Source: a virus
Lineage: Duplodnaviria > Caudoviricetes
DNA length: 53,296 nucleotides
Virus record (IMG/VR): IMGVR_UViG_3300037485_000957
Span: 1-53,296 of that record
Direction: 5' to 3' (one strand)
Below are positions 10,066-19,473 of the stretch, piece after piece. The first letter of the stretch is position 1. The number at the start of each line of letters is the position of its first letter. The position numbers were made by a program, and so were the translations under genes. The notes beneath the pieces are model-generated. The model was not told where the DNA came from. It did not search any database and saw nothing but the letters and a program-made list of their open reading frames with translations.

Positions 10066-10431
10066 TTATTTTTTTACTGTTGGTTTTCTTATCGTTGTAA
10101 CGGACAGTTTCTTCTGTGACTTTACAGGCATCGCTTTAGGATATCCCTTTACAGCAGCTAAAGAGTCTTTTGTAGCTGATGTTCTTAAGTTTTTAGCGAT
10201 TGTGAGCCTTTCCTTCCCTGATGCTGACATGTTCCCCTTAAGGTCAATGAGTCTCGTTTCATCGCCCTTCCCAGCTTTAATAGACGATTTGCCCATCTTT
10301 TCTTGTTGAGTAGCAAATAGTTTCTTTCTATTGGATTCTCGCATCAAAGAATCTGAATTAACAGGCTTCTTTGTTGGTGGTTGCACTATCTTCTTTGCCA
10401 TGATTATTTTCGTTTTAACAAAGTTAATCAA
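10066..10431 (-). CDS. Small basic protein
   Basis: Lys-rich; probable start at MAKKIVQ (10401). Confidence 0.6.
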   Translation of the reverse strand: MINFVKTKIIMAKKIVQPPTKKPVNSDSLMRESNRKKLFATQQEKMGKSSIKAGKGDETRLIDLKGNMSASGKERLTIAKNLRTSATKDSLAAVKGYPKAMPVKSQKKLSVTTIRKPTVKK

Positions 10432-10699
10432 TACTCTTTATGTAGTAACCTGTAATATTCGTTTGCCAATTATCGTGAATCAACTTACTCTCGACATTTG
10501 ACAACACATGTACCTTATCACCAACCCTGTGCGTAGAAAGATGACTACACACCTTCTCGCCCCAGAACTTAACCATTACGTGTTTAGGGAACTCTCCTGG
10601 CACATACAACAGCACCTCACGCTTAAAGTGAACTGGCTTATTAGGGAGAGCTATACGCTCAATATCCCCAATGCTCTCTATTACTCCTGATACATCCAT
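10424..10699 (-). CDS. DUF3127-like OB-fold protein (SSB-like)
   Basis: MDVSGVI...FKREVLL...VKFWG...VGDKVHV...WQTNITGY pattern. Confidence 0.6.
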   Translation of the reverse strand: MDVSGVIESIGDIERIALPNKPVHFKREVLLYVPGEFPKHVMVKFWGEKVCSHLSTHRVGDKVHVLSNVESKLIHDNWQTNITGYYIKSID

Positions 10700-10705
10700 A
10701 TACTA

Positions 10706-10747
10706 CAAAAAAAAAAGCGACCTCATACGTATTGTAAGAGGCCGCTA
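10706..10747 (-). terminator. Intrinsic terminator after the 300-aa gene
   Basis: Minus-strand AGCGGCCTC...GAGGTCGCT hairpin followed by a long T run. Confidence 0.65.
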
Positions 10748-10765
10748 ATGTAATGATTATATCAA

Positions 10766-11668
10766 TCAAGCCTCCTTGACACTGCCAGCAAGGGCAAACG
10801 AGCCACCCTCAATTCCAAGATCACTCATCTCTTCTTTTATCGCTTTACTCTTTGCCGCGGCCTTAGCAGCGCCCTTCGCCTTACCATTGTCAAATGGAGC
10901 TAAGTAACGACCACGCTCCTTCAACTTGCGCTCAAGGATGCTATACAGGTCAGAGCGCTCTGCGAACGTAGCTGATGCATATTCCTTCGTCTTACCAAGG
11001 CTAACACCCTCCAGCGTATAAACGCCGTCCTCGTTAACGATAACCCCACAAAGGATACCACTCTGGATATTCAACTCCTTATAGTCGAACATAGCGTCTA
11101 CGTGATTCAAGAACTCCACACGCTTCGTGCGATCGCAAGAGATCACTCCCGTGCTAAACCCAACCAAAGCATTGCGCAACTCACGCTCATCAAGCTTCCA
11201 AGGCTCTACCCCAAAGTGGATAGCGATACCCTTGTGCTCAACCTCATTCATCGACTTGTACTTATCGAACACATCACTCTTCTCATCGTCATCATTGAAT
11301 GTCGCTTCCAATGCTTCCCCTGTGATAGTGAATAGATACAATGAGTCACTACGGCGTACTCCCGTCAATCCTAAGGCATCTTCCATGTCTGGATGATTCT
11401 CAATCCAACGCTTCACCTTCTCGTCGCTGATACCTGTCTTACCAAGCTCAATCTCGATGGAGTACATGTTGTCGCGATTAAGCTCCAATAGCGCCTTCTT
11501 AACCTCTTTGCTGCGATCCACCTCTACAACGTCGCCGTTATCAAGAAGCGCTCGAAGCATCGTCTTATTCTTGTCCTCATCGTAGTACTCATAGGCAGCG
11601 TCGATCATACGCTTACCTGTGATTCTATCCGCGTGCTTTGCAGATATGATTAACTTGTTACTTGCCAT
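10766..11668 (-). CDS. Hypothetical phage protein
   Basis: 300 aa with its own promoter box (11694-11701) and terminator. Confidence 0.7.
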   Translation of the reverse strand: MASNKLIISAKHADRITGKRMIDAAYEYYDEDKNKTMLRALLDNGDVVEVDRSKEVKKALLELNRDNMYSIEIELGKTGISDEKVKRWIENHPDMEDALGLTGVRRSDSLYLFTITGEALEATFNDDDEKSDVFDKYKSMNEVEHKGIAIHFGVEPWKLDERELRNALVGFSTGVISCDRTKRVEFLNHVDAMFDYKELNIQSGILCGVIVNEDGVYTLEGVSLGKTKEYASATFAERSDLYSILERKLKERGRYLAPFDNGKAKGAAKAAAKSKAIKEEMSDLGIEGGSFALAGSVKEA

Positions 11669-11994
11669 ATAGCTATATTGAAATGTTTACATGCAAATGT
11701 AATAAATAAATAATACTTAAATGGAAACGCCCCAGCTATTGCCGAGGCGTGCCATACATGAGAAACACAACTATACTAAGTGACTATCGTAAACCCATTG
11801 TAATGTAACACTTATGTTACTCTTCCGCAAGGTGTTTATTCCCAAAGAAAGAGAAAAGAAAAACGAAACAAGCAATAAGAAAGTAAAAAGAAAAAAGAAA
11901 GAAAAGCCCCCAGAAAAGAATTAGTTTCTTTAATCAGTTATGCGATCCAATACGTGTTACGTAAAGTCAGTGGGGAACAGTCATCCAGTTCATC

Positions 11995-12097
11995 CAAAAA
12001 AAAGAAACCCTCCAATAGTTTGCACACCATAAGAGGGAGGGTTCTTTTAAATAAGAGAAGTGAATGTCTTATTCTTATGATGTGCACAGCAAATGTA
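11995..12097 (-). promoter_or_regulatory. Promoter plus structured leader/terminator RNA (copy 1)
   Basis: TACATTTG box at 12090-12097; segment 12074-12086 is complementary (12/13) to 12021-12033 inside a terminator hairpin with a T tail. Confidence 0.55.
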
Positions 12098-12170
12098 CAA
12101 ACCCATTTTGAATAAGCAAGCAATCATGCAAATATATTTGCATTACCGTATTCAAGCAATAAAGGTTACG

Positions 12171-12178
12171 TAACTTTG
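12171..12178 (+). promoter_or_regulatory. Bacteroidota-type -7 promoter box
   Basis: TAACTTTG four nt before the tail fibre ATG. Confidence 0.6.
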
Positions 12179-12182
12179 TATT

Positions 12183-14621
12183 ATGGCAACCCCAACACTA
12201 TCAGACTTCTTGGTAGTACCCATAAATGGTACAGACCTGATTGCCTTTTACAGAGGATCAAATACATCAAGACCCCTATACCTACGATACAGCACGTTCC
12301 TTGATATCCTATCACAATCCATAGGTGGCGGCACGTCATTGCTATTAAAGACCAATGGTGTACAGAATCCTGTACAAACCATCCTCAACCTTGTAGATGG
12401 ATCAGGGATGACCATCACCGATGATGGATTGGGTAACATCACATTCACGTCCTCTGGAGGAGCGCCATACATCACCTCAACGTCCGACTCAGCAGATATT
12501 GAACTTGATGTCACAGCAGGGGACTTAAACGCTGTATTGACAGCTATAGGCACGGCAGGCACATTCGGGGACTCTACACATGTTCCGCAGATTACAGTTG
12601 ATAGCAAAGGACGTATCACAGGGGTGACGCTTGTTGCTATTACAGCAGGGACGGGAACGGTAACGTCTGTTGCTACAGCAGGATTGATTAGTGGAGGCCC
12701 TATAACGGTGTCGGGAACAATTACCACGTTCATGTCCACCAATAAAATGGTTGGCAGATATTCGGTTGGAAGCGGAGTGATGGAAGAAGTGAGTGTAGGG
12801 GCGGGACTTGCCATTAGCGGAAGCTCTCTTATCGCTACGGGTAGCGCAAGTGGTGGATCATCCATCAGCTATTACCTCAACGGGGGTACAGCGGCATCTG
12901 TCGCCACCTATTACCAAATGAGTAAGACGGCTGTTGTTGGAACAAACGTAGACTTTCCATTAGCAGGCAACGGACTCATAACACAATGGCTAACGGACGT
13001 AGGTGATCCTAATAGGATTGAAATACCTGCAGGTAACTGGAACTTCGAGATATTCATGTCTGCTTCTTCAGCAGGGGGTACGCCAGCATTTTATGTTGAG
13101 TTGCTGAAATACAACGGGACATTCACCACCATCGCCAATAGCTCGGCAGCACCAGAGAACATAACAGGAGGCACGAGCATTGATCTATATCTCACCTCCC
13201 TTGCCATCCCATACACCACGCTACTTGCAACTGATCGTCTTGCGCTTCGCGTGTATATTGTCAATTCAGTACCCGGAAGGACAATCACCATGCACACGCA
13301 GGACAGCCATCTATGCCAAGTGATAACAAACTTCGCAGGTGGCGTTGTTTCAATCAACGGCGTTGGGGCTAACACGCAATTCCTCACCACAGGGGCGGCA
13401 GGCACGGATTTCAATATTGATAGCACATCCACCCCTGACACGCACATATTCAATCTACCAACAGCATCAGCAATAAATCGCGGTGCGTTAAGCACAACAG
13501 ATTGGAGTGAGTTTAAGGGAAAGCAGAATCTTCTTACCACAACAAAGTCGGTAAAGGTCATTGCTAACAACGTAGAGCTTGAAAATGATGAAGCCGCTCC
13601 ATTAGCCAGAAAATTCTATTCCACAGATGGAGCAGCAGCAAGAGGATGGAGATACATTGAGAAAGCAGACCTTCCTGTATTGATACAAGGAGCAGCCTAT
13701 CCATACGTTGAGCGGGAATATATAAGCTACACCGGAGCGAGTGCGATTATTAAGATTCCCGGAAGCAATGTAATATTCGTTGCATACACCAATACCGCCA
13801 CGGTAGTGGCATATAACACGGTCACTGGAAATATACTTTCTACAACAGCGGTTGCCGCCGCGTCAGGATTGGTTTACGTTACATTAACAGCCGAGGTTTG
13901 GGCGTTTGGATCGGGAGCAAGCGTGAGCCGGTTTAATGCAACAACGGGGGCATTAATAGCAACCACAGCGGTAGCCTCATTGACGGCAAGCTGTCGTGGA
14001 GTGTATGACGATTCTCTTGTCACGGGAAACGTCTACGCCTACAACGGGTCAACAATGAATGTTATCAATGCGACAACATACGTAAGAACGGGTGTTTCAT
14101 TGGTTTCAGGAACAGGAAGTTGGGAGCTTACGCTTGTGACTTCCGGCGTTCAGGCTGGGTTATTGATAGGCTTTGTGAATACAGGTGTTTTTGGCTTCAA
14201 CAAAGCAACGAACACATTAGCATACGCACCTAATGGCATGGTCTATAACTTCATAAAGCACGTTCCTTCGCTGAATGTGTTTATTGGGGTTTCGCTTGGA
14301 ACTAATGTTATTAGCCTGTTATCTGCTCCAACGTCAACATCGTTAGCCATAACGTCATCCCTCGGAGGATTGCAAACACCTTATTCATTTGAATTTGACG
14401 AAGCTGAGGATAGGATTTTTATTCTTAACTCCGCAATATCTACTAGCCCACTTCGACTTCATATTATGGAATTATCCACATTCACATTTATCAAGTCGAT
14501 TGTATTGACGGCGAATGCTTTCAGTTCAATAAGCTGGATGGATATTGACAAGGCAAATAAAGCAATGTATGTTGTAGCGACACCTGCGGGTGGATCAATT
14601 AACAAAGTGATATACGCATAA
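12183..14621 (+). CDS. Tail fibre / receptor-binding protein
   Basis: 812 aa, Gly/Thr/Ser-rich; motifs ITVDSKGRITG, GTGTVTSV, GVVSING and LPTASAINRGALSTTDW; propeller-like C-terminus. Confidence 0.8.
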   Translation: MATPTLSDFLVVPINGTDLIAFYRGSNTSRPLYLRYSTFLDILSQSIGGGTSLLLKTNGVQNPVQTILNLVDGSGMTITDDGLGNITFTSSGGAPYITSTSDSADIELDVTAGDLNAVLTAIGTAGTFGDSTHVPQITVDSKGRITGVTLVAITAGTGTVTSVATAGLISGGPITVSGTITTFMSTNKMVGRYSVGSGVMEEVSVGAGLAISGSSLIATGSASGGSSISYYLNGGTAASVATYYQMSKTAVVGTNVDFPLAGNGLITQWLTDVGDPNRIEIPAGNWNFEIFMSASSAGGTPAFYVELLKYNGTFTTIANSSAAPENITGGTSIDLYLTSLAIPYTTLLATDRLALRVYIVNSVPGRTITMHTQDSHLCQVITNFAGGVVSINGVGANTQFLTTGAAGTDFNIDSTSTPDTHIFNLPTASAINRGALSTTDWSEFKGKQNLLTTTKSVKVIANNVELENDEAAPLARKFYSTDGAAARGWRYIEKADLPVLIQGAAYPYVEREYISYTGASAIIKIPGSNVIFVAYTNTATVVAYNTVTGNILSTTAVAAASGLVYVTLTAEVWAFGSGASVSRFNATTGALIATTAVASLTASCRGVYDDSLVTGNVYAYNGSTMNVINATTYVRTGVSLVSGTGSWELTLVTSGVQAGLLIGFVNTGVFGFNKATNTLAYAPNGMVYNFIKHVPSLNVFIGVSLGTNVISLLSAPTSTSLAITSSLGGLQTPYSFEFDEAEDRIFILNSAISTSPLRLHIMELSTFTFIKSIVLTANAFSSISWMDIDKANKAMYVVATPAGGSINKVIYA

Positions 14622-15124
14622 TGAAAGGACTATTTTCAATTGAACAGGATACGATTGTCAGCTACGGTGTTGCATACGAAAATATGGGGACAATAGATAG
14701 CGTGTACGACATTCCTGATGACTACACGCCTGATAGGTATCGTTACGCATCAATTACTCCAGGCACATTCAATCCAAATGGATTCACACCCATATCCACT
14801 GTTTCTGTTGACTTTATTAAAAGGCAATCCAACGTCAACGCAATGAGTCAATACATGACCGCTGTTAAGGATGCAGGAGGCATCACACAGGCGAATCTTG
14901 AACTATTCCTTTCGGACACCGCAGCATTCGTTCCTGCATACGTAGGAGGAAGTTCGCGCCTTATAACATGGATTGAAACGGTGAATAGAAATGGATATAA
15001 CGCTATAACAACAGGATTCAAGACGAAGACCGGTTATCGAGGAGCATTGCTTTCCGGCACAGCAGGTGCAACAGGAGAATACCAAAGAGCAACAGACATT
15101 TTAGCCATACTAAACAACCTATAA
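14621..15124 (+). CDS. Tail fibre-associated protein
   Basis: Coupled (TAATG) to the tail fibre gene. Confidence 0.5.
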   Translation: MKGLFSIEQDTIVSYGVAYENMGTIDSVYDIPDDYTPDRYRYASITPGTFNPNGFTPISTVSVDFIKRQSNVNAMSQYMTAVKDAGGITQANLELFLSDTAAFVPAYVGGSSRLITWIETVNRNGYNAITTGFKTKTGYRGALLSGTAGATGEYQRATDILAILNNL

Positions 15125-15126
15125 TC

Positions 15127-15408
15127 ATGGCACGCGCATCAAAGGCAATAGCAAAGACAACAACGGGGAAGAATAAGCATTATCTCCCGACATCGCAGGG
15201 GGCTGGCATGACAGCCAAAGGACGTGCCGCGTACAACAAAGCCAACAGCTCCAATCTCAAAGCGCCAGCTCCCAATCCAAAGACACCAAAGGACAAAGCT
15301 CGTAAGAAGTCATTCTGCGCTCGAATGGGCGGCATGCCAGGGGCTACATCAAAAGAAGGCAAGCCAACACGTAAGGGAGCTGCATTGAAGCGTTGGGGGT
15401 GTAGCTGA
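15127..15408 (+). CDS. Small basic DUF6321-like protein
   Basis: GMTAKGRAAYN...LKAP...RKKSFCARM...ALKRWGC. Confidence 0.65.
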   Translation: MARASKAIAKTTTGKNKHYLPTSQGAGMTAKGRAAYNKANSSNLKAPAPNPKTPKDKARKKSFCARMGGMPGATSKEGKPTRKGAALKRWGCS

Positions 15409-15440
15409 CATTTTCTTATCTTTGGGGAAAACTACACGAT

Positions 15441-15941
15441 ATGTCAACATCACCGATAGGAACAGTGTTCCCTGCAGTAGCGCCAAGCGCATTAGTAAGA
15501 GTGGGCATCCCCACAGGAGACGGATTCTCTATGTTAGATGGATCAGTGCCAGTAGAATCGCTAACAGGAGGCGTTCGTAGATTCGATGTCACATTCCCTG
15601 CTTCTGAGTTTAAGAGCATAGGCACAATGCCATTGGTGATTATTGAATCTAACAGAACCGTAATTGTCACATCTGCAGCCGTAGTTCTATCAGGGCAAAC
15701 AGAGGCGTTTGATTTCAGTGGAGGGGTTGCTATTAAGAGTGAAGGAGCAGCCGATCTTCAACTGAGTTCAGCTTCTGTGTATCTTGAAGTTAATTCAAAT
15801 CAATTAATGTGGCAGCCTGCAGATGGTCTTAATCAAATCGGACAAGGTAGTGTTTACATTTTTGCTAAGTCAGGAGAAGATGCCACCACTGGCGATGGCT
15901 TCGTACGCATCATAGGACTTTACTACGAAATTGATTTATGA
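15441..15941 (+). CDS. Probable virion beta-sandwich protein
   Basis: TATCTTTG box at 15417-15424; resembles the C-terminal domain of the 45006-46220 protein. Confidence 0.5.
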   Translation: MSTSPIGTVFPAVAPSALVRVGIPTGDGFSMLDGSVPVESLTGGVRRFDVTFPASEFKSIGTMPLVIIESNRTVIVTSAAVVLSGQTEAFDFSGGVAIKSEGAADLQLSSASVYLEVNSNQLMWQPADGLNQIGQGSVYIFAKSGEDATTGDGFVRIIGLYYEIDL

Positions 15942-16417
15942 TGGACGCAGTATCAGTATCGCGAATAAGCCTCTTACACCCCGTATTGCGTGTTAATGCT
16001 ATGCAGATGTACGAAGAGATAACAAAAGCACTCTCAGGGCGTGCTATGTGCAGAATAACGCATACTCTACGTACTATAGAAGAGCAGGACGCTCTATACG
16101 CACAGGGACGCACCAAGCCAGGTAAGAAAGTAACCAACGCAAAAGGAGGCCAGTCATACCATAACTACGGCATGGCATTCGACATATGCCTCATCGTAGA
16201 TGGCAAGACAGCGTCATGGGATATGGAGGAGGACTTCGACAAGGATCACGAAGCCGACTGGATGGAAATCGTACACATCGCCAAGAAGTACGGATGGGAA
16301 TGGGGAGGCGGATGGGAAAAATTCAAAGACGCCCCGCACTTCCAGAAGACATACGGCTACACCACCACCAAACTCAAGACCATGGTGAAGAATTCAGGGT
16401 ATCCTGCTCCTCTATAA
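15938..16417 (+). CDS. Endolysin, peptidase M15 (L-Ala-D-Glu endopeptidase type)
   Basis: RTIEEQDALYAQGRTKPG, SYHNYGMAFD, WGGGW..FKDAPHFQ. Confidence 0.9.
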   Translation: MMDAVSVSRISLLHPVLRVNAMQMYEEITKALSGRAMCRITHTLRTIEEQDALYAQGRTKPGKKVTNAKGGQSYHNYGMAFDICLIVDGKTASWDMEEDFDKDHEADWMEIVHIAKKYGWEWGGGWEKFKDAPHFQKTYGYTTTKLKTMVKNSGYPAPL

Positions 16418-16571
16418 TGTGCTGACGTATAGCAAACCTACTTATCTTACCATTAGCGCACTTCCTAACAGCAGCGTTCCATACCTCACGCATCAACCAC
16501 TCCGTACGCTTCTCATCCAGCTCACGTAGCCCGTGTAGCGTAACCTTATTGAGTATCTCCTGGAACTCCAT
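16374..16571 (-). CDS. Hypothetical protein
   Basis: Last ORF of a minus-strand chain. Confidence 0.45.
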   Translation of the reverse strand: MEFQEILNKVTLHGLRELDEKRTEWLMREVWNAAVRKCANGKISRFAIRQHIIEEQDTLNSSPWS

Positions 16572-16746
16572 CTATCTTAGCCGACACTATCGTACCACGC
16601 TCTCCACGCTCATGATGGAAGCTAAACTCACAACTATCATACTCCTTCATACCCTCAGGGATGGCATCGCCATGCACCTTAAGAGCGTTACCATGTGATG
16701 TCAATACACACCACACCCCATCCTCTTTAAACAACGTACCAATCAT
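16546..16746 (-). CDS. Hypothetical protein
   Basis: Coupled ORF in the minus-strand chain. Confidence 0.55.
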   Translation of the reverse strand: MIGTLFKEDGVWCVLTSHGNALKVHGDAIPEGMKEYDSCEFSFHHERGERGTIVSAKIDGVPGDTQ

Positions 16747-16940
16747 AGTATTCTCTTTAGTGAAATGTTTGTACAGAACCTGATGTCCTGATTACTCAAC
16801 GTCCATATCTGGCCATCAGCCATAGCACACGTGAATAGTAAATTATGCTCCTGGCTGTAGTCGATAACCAGAAAGGCGTATCCTTCCATACCATCGCTAA
16901 TCCTCTCGATAGGAAGCATAGGGGATAGCTGTAGCATCAT
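16743..16940 (-). CDS. Hypothetical phage protein
   Basis: AFLVIDYSQEHNLLF...GQIWT segment; coupled ORF. Confidence 0.6.
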   Translation of the reverse strand: MMLQLSPMLPIERISDGMEGYAFLVIDYSQEHNLLFTCAMADGQIWTLSNQDIRFCTNISLKRIL

Positions 16941-17281
16941 GGCTCTTTAATCGTTAGTTCCTGCCCTGTGAGGGCGAATATGAAATTCTGGAACGTATGC
17001 ACATACTTAATCTCAATGTCTAATTCATTGTGCTTAAAGAAACAAACCCCGCCACTCACTCTAACAATTCCTCCAAGCGCTTTATTGGGATACTCATACA
17101 CGCCAAACTTCCAAAACCATTCTTCTGTGAGGGGAATAGCAGAATAATACTGATTGAAATAACCATTCTCAACAGAAGCCATTCTTATATCCTGCCAATC
17201 TAACACAGTGAGCTCATGCCCCTCACTTGTATCGTAATTCAAAAAATTGCCAACACGAAATTCTTCTGCTTTCATCATCAT
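16937..17281 (-). CDS. Hypothetical phage protein
   Basis: EFRVGN...IPLTEEWFWKFG...IKYVHTFQNFIFALTGQEL pattern, frequent in Bacteroidota phages. Confidence 0.7.
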   Translation of the reverse strand: MMMKAEEFRVGNFLNYDTSEGHELTVLDWQDIRMASVENGYFNQYYSAIPLTEEWFWKFGVYEYPNKALGGIVRVSGGVCFFKHNELDIEIKYVHTFQNFIFALTGQELTIKEP

Positions 17282-17297
17282 ATGTATTTAGTATTAA

Positions 17298-17675
17298 TCA
17301 AAACTCTTCATTCGGTTGCAACGCACTAACAGGAGCTTTAGGAATACTCAAATCCACAAACACCCACTTCTTCACCAGTACTCCCCTACCCCTTCCTGAT
17401 CCCTTATAACACACATAGGGATTGATTACATAATAACCCCGCCTGGGCCTTATCACATACCCAGCCTTCATCAACCTAACCAACGCCACATCTCTCGTCC
17501 CCACACTAACACCAGCAACCTCACATATCTTATCCCCATGACGCTTCAACGTGAAGTCCCCATCGTTAAAACCACACACACAACAACACGCAAACAACAC
17601 ATCCTTATCCTTACCCCGCAACTCATTCAACTGTGCAACACACTCCTCATAAACAGCAAAGAATCTACCCTCCAT
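17298..17675 (-). CDS. RepL-like winged-helix protein
   Basis: HTH-like segment followed by RGYYVINPYVCYKG; own TACATTTG box at 17680-17687. Confidence 0.55.
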   Translation of the reverse strand: MEGRFFAVYEECVAQLNELRGKDKDVLFACCCVCGFNDGDFTLKRHGDKICEVAGVSVGTRDVALVRLMKAGYVIRPRRGYYVINPYVCYKGSGRGRGVLVKKWVFVDLSIPKAPVSALQPNEEF

Positions 17676-18340
17676 TATGCAAATGTATACGATTTATAAT
17701 AATACCCAAAATCCGATAAGGATTTCCTTACCTATAAGTAAGCTCAACACCTCCCAATCCCACGCTATCACTACTTCTCAATATGTTATAAGTGTACAAA
17801 AAAAGCATTACATAACTCTTACTCCATTTCTTATTACATAGAATGTTCCATTCAAGCACTCTAATGTTGCTCAAGGGTATCAATACACCATAACTATGTC
17901 GTGACTGCGTCAGAACGCTTTAAAAGGGCATTAGCGTCGATGTGCGCTATGTGTGTGGTGTGTGATATCGTGTCACATAATGACAATAATACCACAGGAT
18001 CGTATCATGGCGATTCTACTTCGAGATAGTATGTACATTCTATGGCGTGTTGTATCGTAAAAAAACAGCACCCCCACTACGAAAATAATAAGCCAGCAAA
18101 ATAGCGGGAAATAGCGCGACCTGCTCACATAGTAACGTAAAATAAATACGTTCCTTCCGTTCGGGTGGTAAAATATAATAAGTTGATCCAATAAATACCA
18201 CCACACCACCACCACACCACACAAAAAAAAAACTACGTTTCTGTTTGTACTTTTCTAATGATATGCAAACCTACCTTTGCCTTATCTCGTCCCTTTGGTT
18301 GTTTGGTTGTTTGTTTGTCGCGTCCATTTGCGCGTGTCTT

Positions 18341-18384
18341 ATATATATGTAATATGAATGTAATATATATGTAATATGAATGTG
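18341..18384. repeat. 22-bp tandem repeat, two copies
   Basis: ATATATATGTAATATGAATGT(A/G) at 18341-18362 and 18363-18384. Confidence 0.85.
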
Positions 18385-18479
18385 AAATGTATCTTGCTTA
18401 TTTTCAGGTACTTAAGTATTTTATTGTTTTATTTTATTGTTTTATTGCAGTACGATTGTAAAACCTATTGTATTTAGTT

Positions 18480-18487
18480 TACCTTTG
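18480..18487 (+). promoter_or_regulatory. Bacteroidota-type -7 promoter box for the early operon
   Basis: TACCTTTG with an upstream TTG and AT-rich tract; a second TACCTTTG lies at 18272-18279. Confidence 0.65.
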
Positions 18488-18563
18488 TTCCTGTGTTACA
18501 AACGACACACGTTCTTTTTACTCTTTACTCACACACACACACTCACACTAAACACTCAATATC

Positions 18564-18935
18564 ATGGTAACTACAGTAAACAAGTCAGACGCAAAGAAAT
18601 TAGCTAAAATTGCAACATTCAGCGAAAAAAGTAATTCCCTTGAGCGTCTGCAAATAACGAGCGCAGCAACGACTATTGAAGGCAAAGGTTTGAACGCAGC
18701 CCTAAAAAACTTTTTAACCGTTGGGGAGAAATACCTTACAGACGCGCAAAAAACGTTACTAACCTTTACAGCCGTTAAAAATGCAATAAGTAAACATGAG
18801 ACGTTGAAAAATAAGACGTTGTTTTCTTATTTTGATTTGCAGCTAACTTGTCAGCGTATCATCAAAGAACAGGATAAGAACACGCAAAGAGCCGAAAGAG
18901 CCGCCAAACAAGCAGCTAAAACAGCGAAAAAGTAA
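18564..18935 (+). CDS. Hypothetical basic protein, first gene of the plus-strand region
   Basis: 123 aa, preceded by a promoter and CA-rich leader. Confidence 0.7.
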   Translation: MVTTVNKSDAKKLAKIATFSEKSNSLERLQITSAATTIEGKGLNAALKNFLTVGEKYLTDAQKTLLTFTAVKNAISKHETLKNKTLFSYFDLQLTCQRIIKEQDKNTQRAERAAKQAAKTAKK

Positions 18936-18940
18936 TACCA

Positions 18941-19002
18941 AACGGGGCTAAATGTGGCACACGTGCGCACATTGGAAAAATCGAACTTTTGCCCCGTTTC
19001 CA
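18941..19002 (+). ncRNA. tRNA-like module A (no anticodon arm, ends in CCA)
   Basis: AACGGGGC/GCCCCGTT stem, AAAA-ATCGAAC-TTTT T-like arm, T-CCA end, one internal ATGTG/CACAT hairpin. Confidence 0.4.
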
Positions 19003-19407
19003 TTTATCAAACTTATTTTACTTGTCTCTTTAGCTTGTCAACTCTTTAGTTGAATTGTTAAAATTGTCTCTTTAGCCAATTTATACACTAAGCAACGGAA
19101 CCAACACGGGTAAAATATGTAATGCGCTCACCTGTTCCTTGACGTATTTAAAACACTAAAGCAAGCAAGAAATGTAGCTTAGTGTAATTGTATTGTTTAA
19201 GTCTTCACATAGTTCTGTGCTATGGTTTGACGTTCCTTTGCCGTGACAGCGTAAGCTATAGCGAGGGAACTATATATTTGGGAGCATATACAAGCGAAAA
19301 AAACTACGGTAAATATGCCTTGAAAATAAACGCCTTTGTGCGTATTGCGTTGCAGTACGTACAATTTGAATGTAATCTAATTTGACCGCTCCTGTATTGG
19401 GAGCATT

Positions 19408-19457
19408 CGCTATGCAGTAATGGACTTTCTGTTCCCGTTCGATTCGGGAGCATAGCG
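19408..19457 (+). ncRNA. tRNA-like module B (acceptor, T arm and mini D arm only)
   Basis: CGCTATGC/GCATAGCG stem, TCCCG-TTCGATT-CGGGA T arm, AGT-AATGG-ACT D-like hairpin. Confidence 0.55.
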
Positions 19458-19473
19458 CTAACTATATACACAC

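Noticed and set aside
12248-13570. Long antisense ORFs in the tail fibre gene, and similar ones in 45006-46220 and 47575-51855
   Set aside because: They are shadows of codon bias on the opposite strand of clear genes.
17973-18224. Minus-strand ORFs in the intergenic region
   Set aside because: Low-complexity translations derived from microrepeats, with no start context.
18943-19460. tmRNA (GGGGCT start and a downstream T arm)
   Set aside because: The 5' GGGGC pairs locally at 18991-18998, and the distal end gives no G3-U70 alanine acceptor stem or CCA.
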